A stretch of 42,921 bases of DNA from Candidatus Omnitrophota bacterium. GTDB taxonomy: Bacteria; Omnitrophota; Omnitrophia; Omnitrophales; Aquincolibacteriaceae. The translations under genes and the position numbers were made by a program. The notes under the pieces were generated by a model. The model was not told the origin of the DNA. It ran no database searches and saw only the letters and a list, made by a program, of their open reading frames with translations. Of the stretch, positions 34,370 through 42,921 are shown piece after piece. The DNA is taken from assembly GCA_043803685.1 (NCBI GenBank), contig JAZDJU010000129.1, forward strand, positions 1 to 42,921, written 5' to 3'. Numbering within the stretch: the first letter of the stretch is position 1; each line of letters starts with the position of its first letter.

Positions 34370-37156
34370 TCACCCGGCATCCATTCCAAGGATTTTGTGA
34401 AGGAACCGCCCTGTATAGGAGTTTGGAACTCGGGCAACCTCTTCGGGGGAACCGCAAGCGATGATCCTTCCGCCGTCTTTTCCGCCCTCAGGCCCCAGAT
34501 CAATGATATGGTCCGCCATCTTGATGACATCCAGATTGTGTTCGATCACGACGACCGTGTTGCCCTGATCCCGAAGGTCAAAAAGAGCCTTCAAAAGATG
34601 CTGGATGTCCCCGAAATGAAGCCCCGTCGTGGGTTCGTCCAGAAGATAAAGCGTTTTTCCCGTGGCTTTCTTGATGAGCTCGGAAGCGATCTTGATGCGC
34701 TGCGCCTCCCCGCCCGAAAGCGTAGTCGACGATTGCCCGAGTTTCAGATATCCCAACCCCACTGCTTCGAGGATCTCCAACCGTTCGCGGATCATGGAGA
34801 GTCGCGCGAAAAAAACGATCGCTTCCCGGACCGAGAGATCGAGCACTTCCGCGATGTTCTTTCCCTGATAACGGACCTCCAGCGTCGACTCATTGTAACG
34901 CTTGCCACGGCAGGATTCGCAGACCACGAAAAGGTCCGGCATGAAACTCATTTCGAGTTTTTCGGACCCCGCCCCACGGCAATTCTCGCAGCGCCCGCCC
35001 TTGAGATTAAAACTGAAACGCGACTGGGAATAACGGCGAAGTTTTGAAAGCTCCATGTCACTGTAAAGTTTCCGGATAAAACCAAAAACATCCGTGTAAG
35101 TCGCGGGATTAGAACGCGGCGTGCGGCCGATCGGCGCCTGATCGATCTCGATGATCTTGTCGATCCGATCCGCGCCCTCAAGCCCTCGGAAGGCCCCGAC
35201 CTTGTACTCGGTCTTCCAGATCCGGTTATGAAGCTCCTTATAGAGAATGTCGTGCACTAGCGTGCTCTTTCCGGAACCTGAAACGCCGGTCACACAAATA
35301 AAAAGCCCCAAAGGAAAGACCGCGTCGACGTCTTTTAGATTGTGCTCGCGACATCCCTTGACGACCAGCTTCGAAGCCTTAAGTCCGTTCTTTCGAGCCT
35401 TGGGAACGGCGATCGACAGTTCGCCGGAAAGATACTTCAAGGTCAGAGACTTGGGGCAGTCCTTCATCTCATCTAGCCTGCCCTGCGCCACGATCTCCCC
35501 GCCCTCAATACCCGCCCCAGGGCCCAGGTCGATCACGTGATCTGCACGCCGGATCGTCTCCTCATCATGCTCCACAACAAGCACCGTATTTTTGAGATCG
35601 CGAAGTTTTTCGAGCGCGTCTAAAAGCTTCCCATTATCCCGCGGATGAAGTCCGATACTCGGTTCATCCAGAACATAGAGAACGCCGGTCAGTCCGAGTC
35701 CGATCTGCGCCGCAAGCCGGATACGTTGAAGCTCCCCTCCCGCCAAGGTCGCAACAGTACGATCGAGCGTTAAATACCCAAGTCCGATGTTCAGGAGAAA
35801 TGAAAGGCGTTCGCGAACTTCCCGAAGAATGGGCTCCGCGATTGTTTTGAACACACCTTCAAAACACAGATCCCGAAAGAACGGCACCGCCTCGTCGACG
35901 GAAAAGCCCGTGACCTCCGCGATACTCTTTCCGCCAATCAGAACACCGAGGCTTTCCTTGCGGAGCCGCTCGCCTTCACATTCGGGGCAGATCTCTTCAC
36001 GCAGGAATTTCCGGACCTTCGCGCGCACCTCTTCGGAATTCGTTTCATGGAAGAGGCGCTCCCATTCCTCGACAAGCCCCGAAATATCCCCGTCGCCCAG
36101 GAAAAATACTTCCTTCGCCTCCTCCGGCCAATCCTGATAGGGCGTGTCCCATGCGAAGTTATACTTTTCCGCCAGTTCGTGCAGAAGATCTTCGAAAAAA
36201 TATTTATTGAATGAAAAGAAAACGTCCTTGTTCAAAGCGCTCATAAGCGGCTTCTGCGGCGACGAGATCACATTCCGGGTGAATATCTGCGAGAGCTTCC
36301 CGAGCCCTTTACACTTCGGACACGCTCCGTAAGGACTATTGAACGAGAACATGTTCGGCGTGAGGTCCGGAAGACTGATCTGACAACGGGCGCAAGTCTT
36401 GGTCGTGGAAAAAAATTGAAGGGTTCCCTTGCCATCGCCTCCCTTTTCCAGGATCGCCACGTGCCCTTTGCTGAAATCCAGCGCGCAGGTCACAGAACTC
36501 CGGAAACGCCTCTCCTCATCTTCACGAGGCGTCAATTCGTCGATCACGATCTCAATGTCATGGCGCACGGACTTCCGGAGTTTCAAATCATGCTTGAGGA
36601 GCTTCACATTCCCATCGATGCGCGCCCGGTCGAAGCCTTTTTTAAGCGAGTCCTGAAAAAGCTTCTGGAATTCCCCTTTGCGTCCCCGCACAAGCGGTGC
36701 CAGGACCAGCACTTCGCGCTTCTCGAAACGCGCGAGAAGATCCTTTAGAAGTTCCTCGCGGGATTGGCTCCGGAGAGGTTCTTGACACGAGGGACAGTGA
36801 GGAATGCCGACCTTGGCAAAAAGAAGCCTCAGATAATCATAAATTTCAGTGACAGTCGCGACGGTAGAGCGCGGATTGTGCGTAACCGAACGCTGTTCGA
36901 TCGCGATCGCCGGAGATAGTCCGGAGATATGGTCCACGTCCGGCTTCTTGAGCTTTTCGAGGAATTGTTTGGCATACGAGGAAAGGCTTTCGAGATAGCG
37001 GCGCTGGCCTTCAGCGTAAATGGTATCAAAAGCGAGCGAGGACTTCCCGGAGCCGGAAAGACCCGTGAGGACCGTGATCTTGTTCCGAGGGATCCTGAGC
37101 GACAGATTCTTGAGGTTGTGTTCCCGTGCTCCACGGACCTCGATATATTCGTCCAT
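34370..37156 (-). CDS. uvrA: Excinuclease ABC subunit A
   Basis: [32 protein letters not shown], zinc fingers, [39 protein letters not shown]. Confidence 0.97.
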   Translation of the reverse strand: MDEYIEVRGAREHNLKNLSLRIPRNKITVLTGLSGSGKSSLAFDTIYAEGQRRYLESLSSYAKQFLEKLKKPDVDHISGLSPAIAIEQRSVTHNPRSTVATVTEIYDYLRLLFAKVGIPHCPSCQEPLRSQSREELLKDLLARFEKREVLVLAPLVRGRKGEFQKLFQDSLKKGFDRARIDGNVKLLKHDLKLRKSVRHDIEIVIDELTPREDEERRFRSSVTCALDFSKGHVAILEKGGDGKGTLQFFSTTKTCARCQISLPDLTPNMFSFNSPYGACPKCKGLGKLSQIFTRNVISSPQKPLMSALNKDVFFSFNKYFFEDLLHELAEKYNFAWDTPYQDWPEEAKEVFFLGDGDISGLVEEWERLFHETNSEEVRAKVRKFLREEICPECEGERLRKESLGVLIGGKSIAEVTGFSVDEAVPFFRDLCFEGVFKTIAEPILREVRERLSFLLNIGLGYLTLDRTVATLAGGELQRIRLAAQIGLGLTGVLYVLDEPSIGLHPRDNGKLLDALEKLRDLKNTVLVVEHDEETIRRADHVIDLGPGAGIEGGEIVAQGRLDEMKDCPKSLTLKYLSGELSIAVPKARKNGLKASKLVVKGCREHNLKDVDAVFPLGLFICVTGVSGSGKSTLVHDILYKELHNRIWKTEYKVGAFRGLEGADRIDKIIEIDQAPIGRTPRSNPATYTDVFGFIRKLYSDMELSKLRRYSQSRFSFNLKGGRCENCRGAGSEKLEMSFMPDLFVVCESCRGKRYNESTLEVRYQGKNIAEVLDLSVREAIVFFARLSMIRERLEILEAVGLGYLKLGQSSTTLSGGEAQRIKIASELIKKATGKTLYLLDEPTTGLHFGDIQHLLKALFDLRDQGNTVVVIEHNLDVIKMADHIIDLGPEGGKDGGRIIACGSPEEVARVPNSYTGRFLHKILGMDAG

Positions 37157-37177
37157 GTACGGAATGCCCCCAGCAGT

Positions 37178-37993
37178 TCAGGTCCCGACGCGAACGGAGG
37201 CGAAAGCTTTTTTGAGCGTGGCGATCGCGGACAGAATGGCCAGATAGCTCGTCTTCGGATTCCCGGGCGCCGGTCTATTTTGTGTCACCGTGGTGAACGA
37301 TCCAAAATCCCCTTCGACCGTCACTTCATGCCGGTTCCCTTTGTAGTCCCGTGAAGTCCAGATCTCCACCTGGGTGAGTTCGGGACCGATCCCGGCAAGG
37401 CTCAACACAGCCGCCACATTGATATTCTGCGGAAAATGTTCGATGGCATCGATCGCAGTCCCTCGAAAAACAAGTTTTTCTTCGGAAGCGGTACGGAGGA
37501 CCGGGAATTTCTTCTTTAAAAAATACGCCGCGCCCATCAATGCCTCGGGAGGTTTTCGCGTGATCAAACGAACCTTGCGTATCTTGCCACTCGCCGCTGC
37601 CAAAAGACCGTCCACGCCCGTGATCGCGCCGGATGGACAAAAGATCCGGGACCGGTTCTTTTTGAGCAGTTCCATCACCTGCGGCTGCAACAATCCTCCG
37701 ACGCTCATGATGAGAACTTTTTTATTCCATTCGCAGGCAAGCTTCACGACCTGCGCTGCGACTTTGGGTGACGCCGCTTCAATGATCAGGTCCGAACGGC
37801 GAACAAGCTCGGTGAGAGGCACCAGATGGGCGTGAAATTTGTATTTTTCTTTAAGTGCCGCTGCTTTCTCCTTATGTTTCTCGCAAAGGAATTTGAGCTG
37901 GGCAAAGGCTCGAAGGTCTGTCACCACCGCTTGGGCGAGCGCCGTACCGATCGTCCCGCCTCCGATGATCCCGACCTTGATCTTCCTCTTCAT
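37178..37993 (-). CDS. nadX: L-aspartate dehydrogenase
   Basis: [53 protein letters not shown]. Confidence 0.9.
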   Translation of the reverse strand: MKRKIKVGIIGGGTIGTALAQAVVTDLRAFAQLKFLCEKHKEKAAALKEKYKFHAHLVPLTELVRRSDLIIEAASPKVAAQVVKLACEWNKKVLIMSVGGLLQPQVMELLKKNRSRIFCPSGAITGVDGLLAAASGKIRKVRLITRKPPEALMGAAYFLKKKFPVLRTASEEKLVFRGTAIDAIEHFPQNINVAAVLSLAGIGPELTQVEIWTSRDYKGNRHEVTVEGDFGSFTTVTQNRPAPGNPKTSYLAILSAIATLKKAFASVRVGT

Positions 37994-38346
37994 TTCTTCT
38001 TCACAATGCGGTTCTTGGCATCCACATAAACGACCTTCGGTTTATGCTTTTTAGCCTCGGCGTTCGTGAGCACCACAAAGGTCAGGATGATAACGATATC
38101 CCCCGCTTTTCCGTGCTTGGCCGCGCCCCCGTTCAGGCAGATCACACCGGACCCCATGGGCCCCGGGATCGCGTAGCTTTCAATGCGAGAACCGTTGTTA
38201 AGATTCGCGATGAGGACCTTTTCATGCGGAAGGATGCCCGCTCGATCCATGAGCTTTTTGTCGATCGTGATACTTCCGGGATAATCAATACACGCTTCGG
38301 TCACGGTCACGCGATGGATCTTTCCACCCAACATTTGTCTTTGCAT
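37990..38346 (-). CDS. panD: Aspartate 1-decarboxylase
   Basis: KIHRVTVT...YPGSITID (G-S self-cleavage site), NGSRIESY, ICLNGGAA. Confidence 0.96.
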   Translation of the reverse strand: MQRQMLGGKIHRVTVTEACIDYPGSITIDKKLMDRAGILPHEKVLIANLNNGSRIESYAIPGPMGSGVICLNGGAAKHGKAGDIVIILTFVVLTNAEAKKHKPKVVYVDAKNRIVKKK

Positions 38347-38359
38347 AAATTCCTCGGTT

Positions 38360-39229
38360 TTAAGTGATAAGTGATACGTGACAAGTGGAAATTATAACAT
38401 TATCGATCAGCCTTGTCTTGCCGACATAACAGGCTGTCAATACAACCATATTTCTTTGGCATTGCTTGACAGGGACCAGCGTCACAGGATCCACGATTTC
38501 AAGATACTGGACTCGGTCCACATTTTTTTTTAATTCCCGAATAGCTCGGGCCTTCAAGGCAGCCACAGGCCCGCTTTTCCCCTTTAAAAGTCCTTTCCGA
38601 AGGGCAAAAAGTGTCCGCGAGATCGAAAGAGCTCGAGCTCTCTCCTTCGGACTGAGATACCGATTCCTGGAACTCATGGCAAGCCCGTCCTTGTCCCGAA
38701 CCGTAGGCCTCGCGCGTACCTGGACATTCATGTTCAGATCACGCACAAGCTGGCGAATGACTGCGGTTTGCTGAAAATCCTTAGCTCCGAGATAAAGCTG
38801 GCAAGGCCCGGTGATATTCAAAAGTTTCGCAACAATGGTTGCAACACCGCGAAAATGTCCTGGCCTGAATTTGCCGCAAAAAACATTCGCAATCCTAGGA
38901 GCGACATCCACAAACGTCGCATAACCTTTCGGATACATGGACGCTACAGAAGGACAAAAAAGATAATCGACGCCGACCTTCCGGAGCTTTTGGGTGTCCT
39001 TTGCTAAAACGCGCGGATATTTTGAATAATCCTCGTTTTTTCCGAATTGCGTGGGATTGACGAAAATACTTGCAACCGTAACATCGTTTTCATGGTTCGA
39101 CGCGAGAACAAGTGACAGATGCCCTTCGTGCAGAGCTCCCATCGTGGGAACAAAACCGATCCGCCTCCCCTTCCGGCGTGCCTGTTCCAAAACTGACTGG
39201 ATTTTTTCAGGATCTCGAATGATCTTCAT
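38360..39229 (-). CDS. panC: Pantoate--beta-alanine ligase
   Basis: VPTMGALHEGHLSL, SIFVNPTQF, RPGHFRGV, GAKDFQQ, GLAMSSRN, RLIDN. Confidence 0.97.
   Translation of the reverse strand: MKIIRDPEKIQSVLEQARRKGRRIGFVPTMGALHEGHLSLVLASNHENDVTVASIFVNPTQFGKNEDYSKYPRVLAKDTQKLRKVGVDYLFCPSVASMYPKGYATFVDVAPRIANVFCGKFRPGHFRGVATIVAKLLNITGPCQLYLGAKDFQQTAVIRQLVRDLNMNVQVRARPTVRDKDGLAMSSRNRYLSPKERARALSISRTLFALRKGLLKGKSGPVAALKARAIRELKKNVDRVQYLEIVDPVTLVPVKQCQRNMVVLTACYVGKTRLIDNVIISTCHVSLIT
38361..38388. repeat. Heptamer tandem array, TAAGTGA family, at the 3' end of panC
   Basis: TAAGTGA TAAGTGA TACGTGA CAAGTGG. Confidence 0.75.
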
Positions 39230-39238
39230 AAATTCTCG

Positions 39239-39724
39239 TTATCCACAACGTTCGAGCTTTTTCACTGGCCCAAGCTCCTTTAAAAGTTCCCGGATCGTCT
39301 TCTTCAGTACCGGATGTGTGAATCCCGGGGCGAGATCACAGAACGGCACAAGCACGAACGCCCTCTCGTGAAGCCTCGGATGAGGAATGACACAAGCCGC
39401 ATCGTTATGGACCTCATCGCCATAGAAAAGAATATCAAGATCCAGGACCCGGGCTTCATTTCGGATAGCCCGCCGCCGTCCCGCTTGGGCCTCGATCTCG
39501 TGCATTCTCGAAAGCAGCGCGGTCGCGGGGATCTCTGTTGCAAAACTCCACACCGCATTCCAGTACCGCGGCTGTCCTTCTCCCCCGAACGGTTCCGTAT
39601 CATAGACCGGCGAACGCTTCAGATCCCGGATCCGGTCATCCGCGAGAAGTTTTTCCGCCGCAAATTCAAAATGACTTTTCCGGTCCCCGAGGTTGGATCC
39701 GACACCGATATAGACCTGCGGCAT
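39239..39724 (-). CDS. folK: 2-amino-4-hydroxy-6-hydroxymethyldihydropteridine diphosphokinase
   Basis: Start revised to ATG 39724; YIGVGSNLGDR, SPVYDTEP, ARVLDLDIL, IPHPRLHERAFVLVP. Confidence 0.95.
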   Translation of the reverse strand: MPQVYIGVGSNLGDRKSHFEFAAEKLLADDRIRDLKRSPVYDTEPFGGEGQPRYWNAVWSFATEIPATALLSRMHEIEAQAGRRRAIRNEARVLDLDILFYGDEVHNDAACVIPHPRLHERAFVLVPFCDLAPGFTHPVLKKTIRELLKELGPVKKLERCG

Positions 39725-39765
39725 GTTTTCCCTTTGCGCGCACCCGGCCGTAATGAGGAGGCTCT

Positions 39766-40959
39766 TTATAGCTGCGAGTGATGCGGATGGCTCTTCTTGA
39801 TACGGTCGAGAGCTTCCATGAGACGGGATTCGGCAACAGTCAGGGAGATCCTGAAATAACCTTCTCCATGGGGTCCAAAACCGTTCCCCGGGGTCACCAC
39901 AATGTTCAACTCTTCCAGGAATTTCAGGGCGAGTTCCGCGGAAGTATAGCCCGCCGGCACCGGGATCCATACATAAAAAGTGGCCTTAGGCGCCTCGATC
40001 TTCCAACCCAGGTCGCGGAACCCCTGCACCAGAAGGTCGCGGCGTTCCTGATAGATCTTGAGATTCTTTTCCAGTTCCTTCTGCCCGTCCTGGAGCGCCG
40101 CCATACCCGCGATCTGGATCGCCTGAAAAATACCGGAATCCAGATTGGATTTCACCTTCGCAAGAAGCGAAAGCACTTGGGCATTTCCAACCGCGAACCC
40201 GATGCGCCAACCGGTCATACTGTAGGTTTTGGAAAGCGAGAAGAGTTCCACCGCGATCTCCTTAGCGCCGGAAACCTCGAGAATGCTCGGCGACCGGAGC
40301 CCGTCATAGCACATTTCCGAATAAGCAGCATCATGGGCGATCAAGATCCCGTGTTTACGCGCAAAGGCCACGGCCTTTTCAAAGAAAGCCTTATCCGCAA
40401 CTTGGGAGGTAGGATTATTTGGATAGTTGAGGAACATAAGTTTGGTGTTCTTCAACACATCTTCCGGAATCGCATCGAAGTCGGGAAGATAATGGTTCTT
40501 TTCTAAAAGCGGCATTGCGTAAGGGATCCCCTCAGCAAAAAGTGTCCCAGACCGGTACACCGGATAACCGGGATCCGGGATAAGACACACATTCCCCGGG
40601 TTCAGGACCGCAAGCGGCAAGTGCCCGATCCCCTCTTTGGAACCGATCAGCGGAAGGATCTCTTTGTCCGGATCGAGCTTCACACCAAAACGATGCTGGA
40701 ACCAATCACGGATCGCGTGGCGAAACTCCGGCATTCCCTGGTCCAGGGCATAACGATGATTGCGTGGATTTTTTGCCGCGGCACTCAGGGCCTCAATGAT
40801 GAAATCCGCCGTCGGAATGTCCGGATCCCCGACCCCAAGATCGATCACGTCTTTGCCTTTGGCGATCAGTTCGCGCTTCTTTTTGTCGATCTCGGCAAAA
40901 AGGTAAGGCGGCAGTTTCTGCAAACGTCCCGTCGGTTCGATCATCAGCGGTTTGGACAT
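39766..40959 (-). CDS. dapL: LL-diaminopimelate aminotransferase (class I/II PLP aminotransferase)
   Basis: LPPYLFAEID, DLGVGDPD, LIGSKEGI, LNYPNNPT, HDAAYSE, SLSKTYSMTGWRIG; start ATG 40959. Confidence 0.85.
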   Translation of the reverse strand: MSKPLMIEPTGRLQKLPPYLFAEIDKKKRELIAKGKDVIDLGVGDPDIPTADFIIEALSAAAKNPRNHRYALDQGMPEFRHAIRDWFQHRFGVKLDPDKEILPLIGSKEGIGHLPLAVLNPGNVCLIPDPGYPVYRSGTLFAEGIPYAMPLLEKNHYLPDFDAIPEDVLKNTKLMFLNYPNNPTSQVADKAFFEKAVAFARKHGILIAHDAAYSEMCYDGLRSPSILEVSGAKEIAVELFSLSKTYSMTGWRIGFAVGNAQVLSLLAKVKSNLDSGIFQAIQIAGMAALQDGQKELEKNLKIYQERRDLLVQGFRDLGWKIEAPKATFYVWIPVPAGYTSAELALKFLEELNIVVTPGNGFGPHGEGYFRISLTVAESRLMEALDRIKKSHPHHSQL

Positions 40960-41117
40960 AAGATCCTTTCCTGGAGAGCTCAAAAAATGATCACGTTAAC
41001 GAGCGGGGATTATACCAGAGTTCAGAAAGCTTGGAAATAGAATGCCCCAGAAAACGGACACACGAAGCAATCCCAAAAAGGACTTGAGGACATATTGTAA
41101 GACCTGACGAGGAATAA

Positions 41118-41516
41118 CTACTTCTTGCTATAGGGAGCGTAGGACTTCGGAGGATTTTTGACTCTTTTAGGGTCCGGGATCGGGAGCCCGTATCCCATAT
41201 CCGGAAAATCCACGGGAACAAAGAACGTAGCCAACTGGACCAAACCCCCGGCTGTATAGATCACGCCTTGACCAAACCCTGCAGAGTAGCCGGTCCACTG
41301 TGAAGAATATTTAGGATTCTTGGCCTCGGCCCAAGGCGTCATCCAACCCAAAAGAGAGTTTTTGATGCCAAAACAGAATTTCCCCCACATCCTCGTTCCA
41401 TACCCCTGTTTTTCCGCCCAAGGTGATGCCGCATGCGCGGGCGCCACGGACGATAAAAAAAAGCTGACCAGAAAGAAAAATACCCAAAGGCATTTCTTAT
41501 TTTTTAGTCGCTTCAT
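41118..41516 (-). CDS. Secreted/membrane protein, TIGR04073 (exosortase-system-associated)-like, paralogue 2
   Basis: Signal peptide ending AHA; KFCFGIKNSLLGW...GFGQGVIYTAGGLVQLATFFVPVDFP. Confidence 0.65.
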   Translation of the reverse strand: MKRLKNKKCLWVFFFLVSFFLSSVAPAHAASPWAEKQGYGTRMWGKFCFGIKNSLLGWMTPWAEAKNPKYSSQWTGYSAGFGQGVIYTAGGLVQLATFFVPVDFPDMGYGLPIPDPKRVKNPPKSYAPYSKK

Positions 41517-41904
41517 CGGGATCCCTTGTTTCCGTTGCTTTCTTTTTATACTCATAAGCAATCCCGCCCTGAGGCAACGGGATGTCGACGGGGATAGGAA
41601 ATGTCGCCGCATGAAGAATACCGCCAGCCGTGTTCGTCACGGCATAGCCGATCCCTTTTCCGACGCCCAGGAAAAAATTCTGATCTTTGCAAGGTTCAAA
41701 AAGAATGGCCATCCATCCGGCCGTTATATTGAGAAAGCCAAATCCCAACTTCTGAGAGATCTTGGCGACGTAGGTGGGCTCACGAGTCCAATCACTCGGT
41801 TCGAATGCTCCAGCATAGGCAGGAACAGCAACCGTAAAAAAAAGAACCAGGGCTGTGATCGTCCGTGCCCATTTGCGAGAGAAAAAAAACATGCGTAGTG
41901 TCAT
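41497..41904 (-). CDS. Secreted/membrane protein, TIGR04073-like, paralogue 1
   Basis: Signal peptide ending AYA; KLGFGFLNITAGW...GVGKGIGYAVTNTAGGILHAATFPIPVDIP; start 41904 or 41892. Confidence 0.65.
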   Translation of the reverse strand: MTLRMFFFSRKWARTITALVLFFTVAVPAYAGAFEPSDWTREPTYVAKISQKLGFGFLNITAGWMAILFEPCKDQNFFLGVGKGIGYAVTNTAGGILHAATFPIPVDIPLPQGGIAYEYKKKATETRDPDEATKK

Positions 41905-42024
41905 AAGCGGAAAAATACTACTGGTTTGTAAAGGATAAGTCAAGAAAACGAAGAGTAGACCTGGTGTAGCTCGACGCATCGCCTGGCGATTTTCGCGCGC
42001 CGGGATCGCTGGATCTGTTCTTCT

Positions 42025-42831
42025 TCAGATCGATTGATCAAGCTTGCCAATGTCAAAACGGAACTGAGGATCTAACTGGCCAAGCTCCTGGACCAGGTGA
42101 AGGAGCTTGCTTTTCAGGGCCGGAGCCTTCGTCGAAAGCCATCCCTGATAGGTTTCGAGAAACTGCTCCATTTTGATATCCCGCAGATGGTCCTTTTCAT
42201 AGTCCCCAAGCTTCACAAGAAAGTGGCGGAACGCTTGTTCCCGGAAACAATCGATAAACTTGAAATAATCCTCTTTGACGCCAACCAGGATACGCTGGTA
42301 AACGTCAAACTGGCCCGCGATCTTGCCTAGCACTTCCCCGACCCCGGTCTTTTTGTCATAAACCCCGGCGTGGGAACGCGAGGCTTGATTGTAATAGAAG
42401 ATCGCGGAAAGACGCTCATCACTCTTTTCACCAGAAATGTCCTTCTTGGCCGAGAACCGCTTAGCCAACTGGGGATCGGGATTGAAGATCGTGGACTGAA
42501 CTAGCAAATGGTCCGCATTGACCTTGAAAATGAAATACCGGAGCATCGGGTCATCTGTTTCTCGAACCCATTCAAAAACCTCATTCGCGTTGGACGAAAG
42601 GAACGGATCTGCCATATCGTGATATTCCGGCAACGAGACCGCAAAGAGAAGGTGCGCCAGGTAGATATTCACATCCTCATCATAGGAAGGCGTCCTCACC
42701 AAACCGGATGTTTGGTCTTTGGATTTCAAAATTGATTCCAGGAGAAAATAGATCGCTGACTCGCGATCCTCATTCGAGAGGCCAAAGTAAAGATATGGAG
42801 TTTTCGAATCCTGCCCTCTCTTTTCGCTCAT
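42025..42831 (-). CDS. Conserved-looking hypothetical protein
   Basis: 268-aa ORF with AGGGG RBS; helical; DEDVNIYLAHLL, YFIFKVNADHLL; no family recognised. Confidence 0.75.
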   Translation of the reverse strand: MSEKRGQDSKTPYLYFGLSNEDRESAIYFLLESILKSKDQTSGLVRTPSYDEDVNIYLAHLLFAVSLPEYHDMADPFLSSNANEVFEWVRETDDPMLRYFIFKVNADHLLVQSTIFNPDPQLAKRFSAKKDISGEKSDERLSAIFYYNQASRSHAGVYDKKTGVGEVLGKIAGQFDVYQRILVGVKEDYFKFIDCFREQAFRHFLVKLGDYEKDHLRDIKMEQFLETYQGWLSTKAPALKSKLLHLVQELGQLDPQFRFDIGKLDQSI

Positions 42832-42921
42832 TTTTTGCCCCTTTCAAAAATATAGCAATTTATAGCAATTGATACTTTTGTATCATTCTTAACTTCTAAA
42901 AGAACCATATCATGGCAATAT

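Overview
Bacterial chromosomal segment with nearly all genes on the minus strand. The gene content (very large FHA-domain adhesin, TIGR04073-like paralogues, DUF1016N-SNase fusion) suggests a PVC-superphylum/Omnitrophota-like organism; this is inference only. Left arm (1-9.9 kb): the 5' 3.75 kb of a giant filamentous-haemagglutinin-domain protein that runs off the window and is absent from the ORF track, then a translationally coupled exopolysaccharide operon. That operon reads TPR protein, TPR/beta-barrel exporter split by a +1 frameshift, BcsA-like GT2 synthase without PilZ, GH26 lipoprotein, half-ferritin protein, half-ferritin-PilZ fusion. The rest is mostly housekeeping: tRNA-Gln, glnS, gltX, nadK, dxs, ispA, xseAB, 5-FTHF cyclo-ligase, tRNA-Arg, apt, sigma-70 factor, ppdK, glyQS, comEA, cutA, uvrA, nadX, panD, panC, folK, dapL. 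Small accessory inserts sit among these genes (GIY-YIG nuclease with palindromes, BrnT/BrnA-like TA pair, four-helix-bundle gene). The most unusual signal is a set of short 7-nt-period tandem arrays, several as inverted pairs, lying at or next to stop codons of unrelated genes. One array family flanks both ends of the four-helix-bundle (Avd/IVP-like) gene, also lies inside it, and recurs 17 kb away with no gene. Two homopolymer +1 frameshifts and one ATC start codon may be biology or assembly error. All calls are by eye; no searches were run.
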